The notes under the pieces are model-generated. The model did not search any database and had not been told where the DNA came from. It saw only the letters and a program-made list of their open reading frames with translations. Source: Gammaproteobacteria bacterium (GTDB lineage: Bacteria > Pseudomonadota > Gammaproteobacteria > Eutrophobiales > Eutrophobiaceae). From it: a stretch of DNA of 64,000 nt. The translations under genes and the position numbers were made by a program. The stretch is taken from positions 320,001-384,000 of the forward strand of contig CAXMWX010000005.1 of the NCBI GenBank assembly GCA_963422205.2, given 5' to 3'. Below, in pieces: positions 52,038 to 61,804 of the stretch; position 1 is the first letter of the stretch, and each line of letters begins with the position of its first letter.

Positions 52038-52586
52038 ATGTATTTAAGACACACAGTAACCGCTTGCCTGCTGGCATTCAGCTTACCTGCCCTTGCCGGG
52101 AGCGGTGATAACGCGGATCTTGATGATATCCGGCAGTGGGACCTGGTCGGTGTTGAAACCTGTCTGGATGCTGCCCTGGATCTGATCCCGGGACATGCCC
52201 GCAAGCTGGAAATGAAGCTGGAAGGTGATGACCCGATCTATGAGTTTGATATTGACAGCAGCAAGGATGGCAACCGCTATAATGTCGAATGCCATGCCGA
52301 AGAGGGCTACATTATTGAAGTTGAACGGGAAACCACGGCGGCTGATCCGTTGTTCAAAAAACACGCCAAAGTCAGCATCAAAACAGCGGAACAAACGGCC
52401 CTGGCATTCCATCCGGGCAAGGTGGTAGCCAGCGAGTATGAAGTCGGCTTTGACGGCGAGCTGACCTATGAGTTCGACATCCAGACCAATCTGGGTTATG
52501 AGATTAAAGTCGATGTTGATGCCATCACTGGCGAGATCGAGGAAGCCAATGTCGAGTTGTATGAAATTGGTAACGAGGCCGAATAA
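52038..52586 (+). CDS. periplasmic two-PepSY-domain protein (lanpepsy/LanP-like)
   Basis: signal peptide; ETCLDAAL, KLEMKLEG..IYEFDI, NVECHA, YEFDI..KVDVDAITGEIEE; strongly acidic. Confidence 0.75.
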   Translation: MYLRHTVTACLLAFSLPALAGSGDNADLDDIRQWDLVGVETCLDAALDLIPGHARKLEMKLEGDDPIYEFDIDSSKDGNRYNVECHAEEGYIIEVERETTAADPLFKKHAKVSIKTAEQTALAFHPGKVVASEYEVGFDGELTYEFDIQTNLGYEIKVDVDAITGEIEEANVELYEIGNEAE

Positions 52587-52716
52587 ACCTGATCATCGAA
52601 AGCCCCCCCATTCCTTGACAAGCGCATAAGGCCATAGCCAGATCGAGGCCGCCTGTCGGTAGCTGTGTCCCTTATCTGCTGGCCGCCCTGTGTCAGCCGT
52701 GTTCGGCAAAACTGCG

Positions 52717-53595
52717 ATGGACAATAAAAAAACAACCGTGCTGGAGGGGGTGAAGTATTATTTCAAAGCCGCCCGGCTGGATAATCGCAACAAGCCCCGC
52801 TGTGCTATCGTCTTTGTGCATGGCCTGCGCGATCATGCTGGCACCCATGACTTCTTTTTTCAGCAGCTTGCCGAGGAGGGGTGCCATATTCTCAGTTTTG
52901 ATCTCTTAGGGCACGGTTACAGCCCTGGCCAGCGCTGTTCCATTAAAGACTACCAGCAACACGTCCTGCTTGTCTGGCACAGCATCATCCGTGGCCTGCG
53001 CGAACACATTCCACAAAACATACCCATCATCATCATGGGATACTCCTATGGCTTCTCGCTGGTGGTGCATGCGCTGGCCGCCTTGAGCGGCAAACACCGC
53101 AGCATTGATACGCTGATGCAGCGGCGGGTAAAACTGGTGGTGGGCCTAAGCCCGGCGTTCAAGGTCGGTCATATCGCCTCCCCGCTGATGCGTTTGTTAT
53201 CGCCCGTGCTGGCCTTCCTCTCCCGCCATGTAAAAAACATCCCCTTCAAGACGATGGATATACGCAGTATCTCCGATGATGAGGAGATCCTGAAAGTGAT
53301 TGAAACCGATCCGAGAGTATTTAAGGGCAACATCGGCCTGCACACCGCCAGAAATGTCCACATCGCTGGCAAGACCGCACTCAAGCTGTTGCCGACTATT
53401 CAGCTCCCCTTCCTGCTGATATTCGGCAGCGAGGATTTTGTCGTGCCAGTCACAGCCGAGGAGATCCACCATCGGCAGGACATTCAACTGCATATCATCA
53501 AAGGCGGCAAACACAATATCTTCGATGGTGATAATCTCTATGCTGGCCGCACACTGGAATCCATCTTGCGGGCGATAGAGGGACAGTGCGGATGA
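52717..53595 (+). CDS. alpha/beta hydrolase (lysophospholipase/monoglyceride lipase-like)
   Basis: VFVHGLRDH, FDLLGHG, GYSYG nucleophile elbow, GSEDFVV, GGKH. Confidence 0.85.
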   Translation: MDNKKTTVLEGVKYYFKAARLDNRNKPRCAIVFVHGLRDHAGTHDFFFQQLAEEGCHILSFDLLGHGYSPGQRCSIKDYQQHVLLVWHSIIRGLREHIPQNIPIIIMGYSYGFSLVVHALAALSGKHRSIDTLMQRRVKLVVGLSPAFKVGHIASPLMRLLSPVLAFLSRHVKNIPFKTMDIRSISDDEEILKVIETDPRVFKGNIGLHTARNVHIAGKTALKLLPTIQLPFLLIFGSEDFVVPVTAEEIHHRQDIQLHIIKGGKHNIFDGDNLYAGRTLESILRAIEGQCG

Positions 53596-53596
53596 A

Positions 53597-53615
53597 TGGT
53601 GCCGGATGGGGGACT
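53597..53615 (-). mobile_element. att site: duplicated tRNA 3' end (probably tRNA-Leu), left boundary of an integrative element
   Basis: reverse complement AGT-CCCCC-ATCCGGC-A-CCA matches T-loop end, T-stem, acceptor strand, discriminator and CCA. Confidence 0.75.
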
Positions 53616-53730
53616 AGGAATTAGCTTAACAAACAGATATTTATGTAATATTTATCGTAAAATAATCGTAAATCCTGTTGTTTTATTATTTTTTTTGAGT
53701 AGCAAAATATCAATACACATTAGTATTTTA

Positions 53731-54222
53731 CTATACACGATAGTGTTTTTTGGAGCCGACACGTCCCAATTCATCCAGCACATCAATCGCATCCCCCTCC
53801 AGAACCCGAGCGCTATGAGCCGCTAGTCGGTCTATATCCAACGTCTCTTTGACATCCCCCCAAACGGGGCTGGCTGGCGTATAGATGAGCGCTCCCATGC
53901 CCTGTTTGCCAACACAGGCCAGCCGGTCCAATGGCATCAAACTTGCCGGGTTGATGCCCGACCGTCGTGCTTGGCGGTCGACCAATAACCGACCCCAACC
54001 ATCGGGTAGACTGTCATGGAACATGCCATGTAAGCCCTCAAAACACCCCAGATCATGTGGCTTGACCAGGCCACTCTCGTCCAGCGGATGATGTAACGGC
54101 GACAGGGAGTGTCCCTCGGTCAGAAAGGCCGGCGCATATTCCAGATAAGCCAGCCCATCACGCCAGGCAAGCGAGACGACCAGCGCCGTCCCCGTCTGTC
54201 TGCTTACCGAAGTTCCCGTCAC
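53731..54222 (-). pseudogene. HipA-family toxin, N-terminal part only
   Basis: GLHGMFHDSLPDGWG, PLDRLACVGKQGMGALIY; breaks off before GGARPK and the kinase core. Confidence 0.8.
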
Positions 54223-54506
54223 GTAATCCGGCCTCGCTGGCGTTGACCTCTATCCAACACCTCATCCAGCGTCCGGAAATCCGGCTGTTGCAAGATCCCA
54301 TCTAAGGATGCTTCATCCCGCAGGGCAATGAGTAGGCGGATAAACGATCCGAGCGAAATCTGTCCGGTTCTCTCAAACTTCTTCAGTGTTCCAAGCGGTA
54401 CGCCGGAGCGCAATGCCAGCCCTTGCTGGGTTAAAGCACAGGCCAGCCGCCGTGCTCGTAATCGTGAGGCGAGGGTTTGGTGATAGTCAAGGTAATTATA
54501 CTCCAT
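54219..54506 (-). CDS. XRE-family HTH regulator (HipB-like antitoxin)
   Basis: LTQQGLALRSGVPLGTLKKFERTGQISL; overlaps the hipA start. Confidence 0.85.
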   Translation of the reverse strand: MEYNYLDYHQTLASRLRARRLACALTQQGLALRSGVPLGTLKKFERTGQISLGSFIRLLIALRDEASLDGILQQPDFRTLDEVLDRGQRQRGRIT

Positions 54507-54734
54507 AATAGATATTATAGCATCTTTTATATGTCTGAATAGACAAGTACGATGACTGATATATCTATTCAATACATTGCCTGATACAATGAGGCGAATG
54601 CGGTATTTGATACCGGGCGGGGGATATTTGTTGATGCCAGCGGCCAGTTCTCCAGATTTCTGAGCGCCAAACGGCCTGAACAGGCACAGGAAATTAAGGT
54701 TCACACAGGTACATGACTATGTGATTATGACCGC

Positions 54735-55199
54735 ATGAAATTGAACAGCAAAAAAATACTGATCGGCGTGGCTACGTTAGCCGAGTTGGAAAGTTCCCGG
54801 CATACCGAGGGTGTTGATTATCTGGTCTATCTTGAGGATACCCCTGATCTGTTTATCAAAGATCATGTCAACAACATCAATTACATCAATGCGGCCGCCC
54901 ATGGCTTTTACAGCGAGTTATGGGAGCGGGAAAAAGACGTGATTTCGCCTGTTGCTACTCCCTTAACGCTGTTAAACAGCAAGGTATTTGCTTTTGTGCA
55001 GCATAGCAAAAACGGCTTTTTTGAAAAGGCCGACCAGGCTGAATTCGATATCAAGTTCATCGTTCGCAAGCTCAATGTGAGCGACATGACGATTGCTGCC
55101 CGGTATATTGACCCTGATGCCCTTGCTGAAGTACAAAAAATCATCGACAGCGTAAAGCCAGATGCACCTCTCCAGCAGACTATGGGGCCGGGTATGTGA
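54735..55199 (+). CDS. hypothetical protein, possible degenerate nucleotidyltransferase; C-terminus GPGM
   Basis: LIGVATL...SRHTEGVDYLV resembles the IGG.A...R.T.DVD motif; KADQAEFDI. Confidence 0.6.
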   Translation: MKLNSKKILIGVATLAELESSRHTEGVDYLVYLEDTPDLFIKDHVNNINYINAAAHGFYSELWEREKDVISPVATPLTLLNSKVFAFVQHSKNGFFEKADQAEFDIKFIVRKLNVSDMTIAARYIDPDALAEVQKIIDSVKPDAPLQQTMGPGM

Positions 55200-55214
55200 T
55201 ACACAACTCATACG

Positions 55215-55284
55215 TCTTCTGTCACTTTTAGCTTATAGGCTAAATTTAGTCTATTTACTAAACAGGTCTAAAAGTGACAGAAGA
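55215..55284. repeat. 70-bp element with perfect 17-bp terminal inverted repeats
   Basis: TCTTCTGTCACTTTTAG ... CTAAAAGTGACAGAAGA. Confidence 0.85.
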
Positions 55285-55450
55285 TAAATTATTGTTTAAA
55301 AACCCATTATAGTCTGGAGCTTGGTTACCCACCACCTTACTTGGCCGGAAGAGATGAATAAAAAACTGAATTTAGACTCTGAGTAGCTGATGTTGAAGCT
55401 GTTGATTATCTTGAATCAATGGCCATCTGTATAGGAATGTTTATAGCAAG

Positions 55451-55741
55451 TTAATCAAATATTTTAATGACTATTCCCGCCACAGACGCTGCTACAACTG
55501 CAGCCGTACCTGCAACTGCAAACAGGCTTTTCCAAAAGCCAGTCCTGATTTTTTCTATTTCAACTTTAATGGACTCCATCGCAGTTTTCAGAGATTCCAT
55601 ATCAGCCTGTGTTGCCAAGTGCTGCACATGTGCTTCCAGCCTGGCTACTCTTTCGCCTATATCTCTGCCATCTCCACCGCCTGCCGAGGATGGTGCAGAA
55701 CGGTCAGGGTTTGGTGCTAATGAGTGTATGTTATCAGCCAT
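55451..55741 (-). CDS. small coiled-coil protein with C-terminal TM (DUF1640/XhlA-like)
   Basis: GGGDG..ERVARLE..HLATQADM, followed by a hydrophobic tail. Confidence 0.7.
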   Translation of the reverse strand: MADNIHSLAPNPDRSAPSSAGGGDGRDIGERVARLEAHVQHLATQADMESLKTAMESIKVEIEKIRTGFWKSLFAVAGTAAVVAASVAGIVIKIFD

Positions 55742-56209
55742 AGTCCAGCCATTCCCAGAGATCACCATTCGTGAAACCCGAGTAGGCGGAATTCAGTTTG
55801 AAAACAGCGCCACTGTCTTTGTGATTCTCGCTGTTTATCCCAAGAGTTTCGCAAATTTTACCAGTAGTTGTGTTTTCAGCGCGAATAGAAATACATGCGC
55901 GTCAGTATGATGAGCATAATGATCTGGATAGTGCTCCTCAACCCTATATCCCTGCTTTCATTTGATGGGTTGTCAATAACAACAAGGTAAACAGCCATAG
56001 CCTATATTCTCAATTCTCTATTTGCATTATTGTTATCCTATGCAAGGATAGCCACTCATAAGTGCACATTGTTAATCTACTAGCTATTCTTAGTATTACA
56101 TATTATCAGGTATAGGGACAAGTTTCGCCCGTCATAAGTACCGATGATGCACGTTTCTATGAGCGTATAGGCCGCAAGATGGCGATACATGAACGGTACT
56201 CCGCTTGTC

Positions 56210-57352
56210 TTAGGCATTGCGGTTGATAGCGACTGCCCGGAGCTTGTCTCGGTAGCGGTCTATGCCATGATAGATATCGACCCGTTCAGGTTTGGCGTTC
56301 GTGAAGAAAAGCATACGCACGTAGCGGTATAAGCGGCTTATACTTGAAATGCTGGGTTGAATGCGGAAGTTTTTTGAATACTTTCCGTCGATGGGGTGAG
56401 CAAACGGCAGATACTTCATGTCACCATAGTGGCGAAATTTCTGTTGGCGCACCAGGAAGCTAACGACTCGATCGAGCCAGCCGCCCCAGGGAATGAATGC
56501 AGCTAGAAGGCGGAATAGGTGTTTGAGGCCGGTGATGCAGGTTCCCGAAGGTGGTGCGAATGGAACTGGGTCGGCGGCATTGACGACTCTATAGATTGGT
56601 GTCTTGAACCAGCCGAGTAGCCCTGTATCACCAACTCGGGGCGCGCCAAAGGTATAGCACGCGGCGAGTTGCTTGGAACTCAGATACCAAGTGGCAACAA
56701 TCGCAAGGGCACCACCAAGAGAATGGCCGGTGACGTATAGCGGCAAGTCTTTGACTTCCTTATACGCCAAGCGTTCGAGGATTTCTTTCTCAGCCGACTT
56801 ATAGGCATTGTGAAAACCTTTGTGCATATTGCCGATCAGTTCTTCGTCGCCGACATTCGGATTAACAATCGGCGTGGGTGTCGTCTCCAAGTTGGTGAAC
56901 CAGTCGCTAACTTGTTGTGTTCCACGGAAAACAAGCACAGCGAAAGGTTGTTCCGTCTCTGTTGCGTTGCGAACGATGACCATAGCCTGTGTATCCGTCT
57001 CCGGAATATGGATTGGCGCGTCACCGACGAGGGAGAAATGACCAGCGGCGAGAGCCGCTTTCAGAATTTTGTTGTTTTCACCGTTACGTTCACCTACGCT
57101 GGATAATGTCAGGGCGAGTTTTTGCAGGCGCTTTTTGATGTCATCAATGCTAGTTTTCTTGTCGGCGGCAAGATTGGAGAGGTCCTTGGCCATAGACATC
57201 AGGACATCATCAGATTCCTCATCAAAGCGTTCGTATACGATGTCGGCAAGCAGGGCCATCATCCATGCTATGCGGTCACTGTAGGCTGCACGTTTTGCGG
57301 GCACACTCATACTGTCGAGTTTTTCAAAATCCTGGTTCGTATTATGAATCAT
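56210..57352 (-). CDS. lipase class 3 family protein
   Basis: VFRGT, HKGF, VTGHSLGGA, TFGAPRVG, DPVP, C-terminal His. Confidence 0.9.
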   Translation of the reverse strand: MIHNTNQDFEKLDSMSVPAKRAAYSDRIAWMMALLADIVYERFDEESDDVLMSMAKDLSNLAADKKTSIDDIKKRLQKLALTLSSVGERNGENNKILKAALAAGHFSLVGDAPIHIPETDTQAMVIVRNATETEQPFAVLVFRGTQQVSDWFTNLETTPTPIVNPNVGDEELIGNMHKGFHNAYKSAEKEILERLAYKEVKDLPLYVTGHSLGGALAIVATWYLSSKQLAACYTFGAPRVGDTGLLGWFKTPIYRVVNAADPVPFAPPSGTCITGLKHLFRLLAAFIPWGGWLDRVVSFLVRQQKFRHYGDMKYLPFAHPIDGKYSKNFRIQPSISSISRLYRYVRMLFFTNAKPERVDIYHGIDRYRDKLRAVAINRNA

Positions 57353-57492
57353 GGTGCTTTTTTAATTTACAATTTATTTATTATGTAATCCATTCCGGAT
57401 TTAATGATTTTCCTGCGATTTTACGGGCGGAGCAAAATAGTGAAGGGCATCCACACCTTGAAGGGCCACCACATTCTGGAGAGGTCAATTAT

Positions 57493-58107
57493 TCACATCC
57501 CCGGCCCGGTTTCCGGCTCAGGGGCTGGTTTGGGAGATGGATTATCCGGCCACAGCGCACTGAGCGGGAAAGTAATCGCATCAAATGGTGGGACTGAGAC
57601 GGCGGCATCACCCGCCAGCGAGGCAATCAGCGACCACCGGCTATCGGTGAGCTGGAAGGCTTCCAGGGTACGGGCATCAGGATCGACAAACCACAGATAG
57701 TCTACCCCCTCACGGGCATAGATGTCGCGCTTGTCGGTCAAATCGAGCTGGCGGGTGGATGGCGATAACACCTCGCAAACCCAGTCCGGGGCAAGTTCAA
57801 AGAAGGCGGCATTTGGGAGGCTGGGCATAGTCTCGCGTCGCCAACCGGCCAAGTCCGGCACCAGAATGTCCTCGCCCAGGTGCAGCTCCGGCTCATCAAT
57901 AATCCACCAGCCTCCCGGGCCGCCTCGGCCTGAGTTAAAAGGATCATCCAGAGAACCACCTAAGCGAGAACTCGCCCAGGCATGAGGTATAGCCGGGCGG
58001 GGCTGCATCCGCAGCACACCATAGATGACTTCTGCCACCTTGTGTAGTGGTGCATCCAGCACATCCTGGTAGGTGGCTTTACGGGTGTTAGGGGCAGGGG
58101 TGGACAT
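57493..58107 (-). CDS. Uma2-family (PD-(D/E)XK) endonuclease with Pro-rich tail ending GPGM
   Basis: ATYQDVL, GGWWIIDEPELHL, VPDLAGWR, APDWVCEVLSPST, WFVDP. Confidence 0.92.
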   Translation of the reverse strand: MSTPAPNTRKATYQDVLDAPLHKVAEVIYGVLRMQPRPAIPHAWASSRLGGSLDDPFNSGRGGPGGWWIIDEPELHLGEDILVPDLAGWRRETMPSLPNAAFFELAPDWVCEVLSPSTRQLDLTDKRDIYAREGVDYLWFVDPDARTLEAFQLTDSRWSLIASLAGDAAVSVPPFDAITFPLSALWPDNPSPKPAPEPETGPGM

Positions 58108-58257
58108 AGGCCACATCTTAACGACATTCAGGGCGAAAACCAAACGGCATGGGTTTTCCGAGCCTTAAATCCTGCCCCTTAGACTTGCTTTTATTGGCTG
58201 GTGGTGTAAGGTAAAATCCCACAAACGATAGACACCTGATTGAAGGGGGGGATAGCC

Positions 58258-58647
58258 ATGAGCATGTATGATTACTGGGCGGGACGCGATGATGCTGAAG
58301 CCTCAGCGAAGATGGGCAGGATCATAGACAACATGGCACTGGCTGAGGAGCGTGCCAGGAAAGAAAGGGTTTTCGAGAAGTGCTCCAATACCATGAATGG
58401 CCTCGCCTCCCGTGTCTGTTCAGAGATTAAGTGGAAGACACAGTACAAGGCGAGTGTATCGGCATGGGCGCATGAGGCCGACACCCTCAAAAAAGAGCTG
58501 CTACGGATAGCGGGGGATACACAAGAAGTCCGTGACTTCATTGCTAGGACAGAGAAAGAGGCGGATGAATTTTATAAGCAAGATTATAAAGATTTCCTAT
58601 CCAAGGAGGAGTATTATCAGCAGCACGCTGCCGAGTTTGGCAAATAA
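58258..58647 (+). CDS. hypothetical helical protein
   Basis: charged 129-aa ORF with purine-rich RBS, convergent on dotA/traY. Confidence 0.6.
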   Translation: MSMYDYWAGRDDAEASAKMGRIIDNMALAEERARKERVFEKCSNTMNGLASRVCSEIKWKTQYKASVSAWAHEADTLKKELLRIAGDTQEVRDFIARTEKEADEFYKQDYKDFLSKEEYYQQHAAEFGK

Positions 58648-58683
58648 GCCATAAGACCTGATAGCGAGACTTCACCCGAAAAT

Positions 58684-60990
58684 TTAGGCATCTCTATCGT
58701 GTCCACGCGGGTTAGGTGTTCTATCATCCCCCGCTGCCTGCTGGTGTTCCTGAGCAGTTGCCTTCTCTCCCTGACCCTCCCCCTTAGCCACGACATTTCC
58801 TGGGGCATGTTGCTCTTCGGCGGCGTCATTCGTGGCTTGGGTGTTATCTGCATCACTTGTAGCTCCCTGTTCTTTAGCCCCTTGCTCACCTTGCCCCTGG
58901 CCATTTTCTTTTCCCTTGCCGGCGATTTTATCTGTGGTCTCTTTGACGACCTTATCGCCGCCCCGGCCGGCGGCCATCATCATGGTTTTGCCTTCCTCGC
59001 TGGTTTGCGTCTCGCCGAGGTTGGCCGAAGACTGGCCTATCCATGCCAGGGTGCGGTCTGGGATGACGTAGACCAGTGAGAAGGCGGTCTTGGCGAGGAT
59101 AAGCACCATGATGACCAGCAGGGCGAGCATGCCTAACAGGGTGACAAGTCCGTTGATGTTCCCTGCGGTCATCCCCTTAACGAAGGGGGCGAACATGACC
59201 AGCAGCAACTCACTGCCATAGTGTAACAGCAGCATGCCCCCGACCAGGCCAGCGATCATGAGCACGGGTCGGGCGATGAGTGAGAGCACCAGCATCCAGC
59301 CGGCCTTGCCGTGGCTGCCGGCGATGCCATCGCCTTCTGGCACGGCATGTGCGGCGGCCCAGAAGGGGGCGGCGAAGATGGCTTCAAGCAGCATGACCAG
59401 CCAGCCGATGACGGCGGCAAACCAGTTGATAAAGGGGATGGCGGGGAAGTAGAAGGCGAGCAGCAGGCCGAGCATAAAGAAGGCGATAGAAAATATCCCT
59501 AAGATTTTGATCGTCGTGTGGATGATGCTCTGTGCGCCCTTGGCGGTCGCGCTGATGGCGTTGCCTATACCAGGGATGAAGCTGAGCAGACCCTTCTCGC
59601 TTGCCCCGGCCGCCGCATCGACTTTCCCTTTGATCAGTGCGGCGGTTATCCACAAGGCTTCTGTGCTGCCAATGATCCAGTGTCCTAGCGATTGCAGTTT
59701 GACCTCGGCATGGCCATCATCTAAGAAGAAGGCGGAGATTTTATCCATCAGCGGGCTAAACCAGACATGCGTTAAGCGGGCGAAGGTATCATGGGCATCT
59801 CCCACAGTGAGTGTGGGTGTGAGGCCAGCGACCCCGGCACTTTCCATTTTCGGGATGACGGTGGCGTTGATTCGGATCAGCTCATTTTTGACTTCAATCG
59901 CCCAGTATTTGGAGCCCATTCGTCTGAAGTCGGGGTGGGTGTAGGCAGGTCGGGTGGCGATGGCGTCACTGATTTGTCGGTTAATGCCGGCCATCGTCCA
60001 GAACCAGGTGCCGGCATACAGCCAGCCGGCATCTTTGGCCTCGGTGTAGAAGGCTTTATTGGCCTGGTTGACCTCTCCCTCACCCTGCTGGATGGCTTTG
60101 GCGGCGGCGGTGCGGATGGATGCGTTGTAGGCATTGATAAACGTCTGCATGCTGTCAGCCGTTTTTTGTTTTACCTCTCGTGAGGATTTCTTTTTACTGA
60201 GCAAGTAGCGGGCGGCTTCTTTGTTTAAGTCGAGGGTTAGCCGGGTAAAGGCGGCGATGGTCGCCTTGTGCATATACGCACTGACCGGGCCGGGGGGATG
60301 GCTTATCGTGAAGCTGCCACAGCCCCTCTCGGCGATGCTGAAGCCGGGCCGCCCATCGAAAGAATAGGAATAGGTCTGGGTACCGTCTTTGCCTGTTGTT
60401 CGTTGTTTATTGATGGTGATCTTTTGTTCTTTTTTACCCTTATATTTTATATCACTCAATTTCAGCATACAGATATGCGAGTTATACAGGGCGATGGCCA
60501 TCTCTTCGGTATTTGGTGGGCTGACATTGACGATGGGGCCGGTGTTCTTGAAGTAGTCCAGGACCGCATCGTAGGTGAGGTCGGCGAACTTAAAGCCGAG
60601 GGCGGCGAACAGCAGGATCATGATTTGCACCAGCGAGTAGCCTTTGGCGATGGGCATGACCAGGGCGAGTGAGAAGGCGCTACGCAGGGGGATCCAGAGG
60701 TTGCTGTATTTTTTGCCGCCTGGTTCCCCCTCATGGGCGGTATTGGCGGTCATGGTGATGGTCGTCCAGATCATCAGGGCGACGGCGGCACCCAAGGCGG
60801 CGGCGTTGATGACGCTGGAGATGGCGGCGAGTATGCCGGGGGCGTTGGTGCCATCGAGGATAGTTTGTAGCGAGCGTGGGTCGAGGCCAAAGATATCGAT
60901 GATGGACTGGATGGCCTGATTGGGGTCGCCAGCGGCGAGGGCAAGTTCGGGGGTGAGCAGGAGCAGGGTGGTGTAGGCTATTTTATTCAT
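58684..60990 (-). CDS. DotA/TraY-family type IVB secretion inner-membrane protein
   Basis: TAHEGEPGGKKYSNLWIPLR, GYSLVQ, GWLYAGTWF, FPAIPFINW, APFWAAAH, RPVLMI, IPDRTLAWIG. Confidence 0.92.
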   Translation of the reverse strand: MNKIAYTTLLLLTPELALAAGDPNQAIQSIIDIFGLDPRSLQTILDGTNAPGILAAISSVINAAALGAAVALMIWTTITMTANTAHEGEPGGKKYSNLWIPLRSAFSLALVMPIAKGYSLVQIMILLFAALGFKFADLTYDAVLDYFKNTGPIVNVSPPNTEEMAIALYNSHICMLKLSDIKYKGKKEQKITINKQRTTGKDGTQTYSYSFDGRPGFSIAERGCGSFTISHPPGPVSAYMHKATIAAFTRLTLDLNKEAARYLLSKKKSSREVKQKTADSMQTFINAYNASIRTAAAKAIQQGEGEVNQANKAFYTEAKDAGWLYAGTWFWTMAGINRQISDAIATRPAYTHPDFRRMGSKYWAIEVKNELIRINATVIPKMESAGVAGLTPTLTVGDAHDTFARLTHVWFSPLMDKISAFFLDDGHAEVKLQSLGHWIIGSTEALWITAALIKGKVDAAAGASEKGLLSFIPGIGNAISATAKGAQSIIHTTIKILGIFSIAFFMLGLLLAFYFPAIPFINWFAAVIGWLVMLLEAIFAAPFWAAAHAVPEGDGIAGSHGKAGWMLVLSLIARPVLMIAGLVGGMLLLHYGSELLLVMFAPFVKGMTAGNINGLVTLLGMLALLVIMVLILAKTAFSLVYVIPDRTLAWIGQSSANLGETQTSEEGKTMMMAAGRGGDKVVKETTDKIAGKGKENGQGQGEQGAKEQGATSDADNTQATNDAAEEQHAPGNVVAKGEGQGEKATAQEHQQAAGDDRTPNPRGHDRDA

Positions 60991-61267
60991 TGGTAGTTCT
61001 CATTTTGTAGTAGCAGTATTTCATGAAAACGCTGGCATTTTTGGCAAGACACTTAAAACCTTTAAAGCATCTAAAACATATAATGTGTAAATTCTGCTGC
61101 ATAAACAGCAAATAATGCGTGATTTATAGCAGACTATACTCTATCTTTCAATGCTGGAAGGCAGGCAATGAAAAGAGATAATTATCCACTGTATATTACG
61201 TCAATCACTGTAATAAAGTAGGTTAGCAAAAACTGTATTTCACATTTAACCAAACCCTACCGAAATC

Positions 61268-61804
61268 ATGCACCGACACCACACCGTTATCATCCTGATG
61301 GTCGCTATGACGATCTCCCCACCCGGGCTGACTGTCTCTCGCACTGACGCTCTGCCGGATTGTTATCATGCCATCAGTGGGGCGATAGCAGCGCAGCGCG
61401 CCTGGTCACGACAGGGCTTTGAAGTCGCCAACCGAACGTTAAGCAATAACACGGATTCGCTGTTCAATCTGGATTGCTTGAAAGACATTGCGCTGGCCGG
61501 TGGGATCAACATCTACGGGAAAAACCCGCTGGATATTCTGAAAAAGAAGCTCTGTGATTTTGCCAACCAGCAGATAGATGAGGTCAATGCCCGTACCCGG
61601 CAGCAGGTTGACCTGCCGCATGGTCTGGGTGGGTTAGATGCGGATACCGGGCTGGGCTCGGATAGCAGCCGGGCAAAGCATCCTGTCATCCGCAAGCCAT
61701 CGGCCTCGGTCTCCGGGCGTACCCAGGCGGGGACAAAGGGAGTTAAGGGCAGGGTCAAGAAAAATACCACGGGCTTCTCCAACTTGAAGGACTTTTTCAA
61801 ATGA
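61268..61804 (+). CDS. exported Cys-containing protein, possibly TraL-like
   Basis: signal peptide, three spaced Cys (DC...DCL...KKLC); element context. Confidence 0.45.
   Translation: MHRHHTVIILMVAMTISPPGLTVSRTDALPDCYHAISGAIAAQRAWSRQGFEVANRTLSNNTDSLFNLDCLKDIALAGGINIYGKNPLDILKKKLCDFANQQIDEVNARTRQQVDLPHGLGGLDADTGLGSDSSRAKHPVIRKPSASVSGRTQAGTKGVKGRVKKNTTGFSNLKDFFK

Noticed and set aside
58258-58647. ExcA-like entry-exclusion gene beside traY
   Set aside because: Opposite orientation to traY and no TM segment
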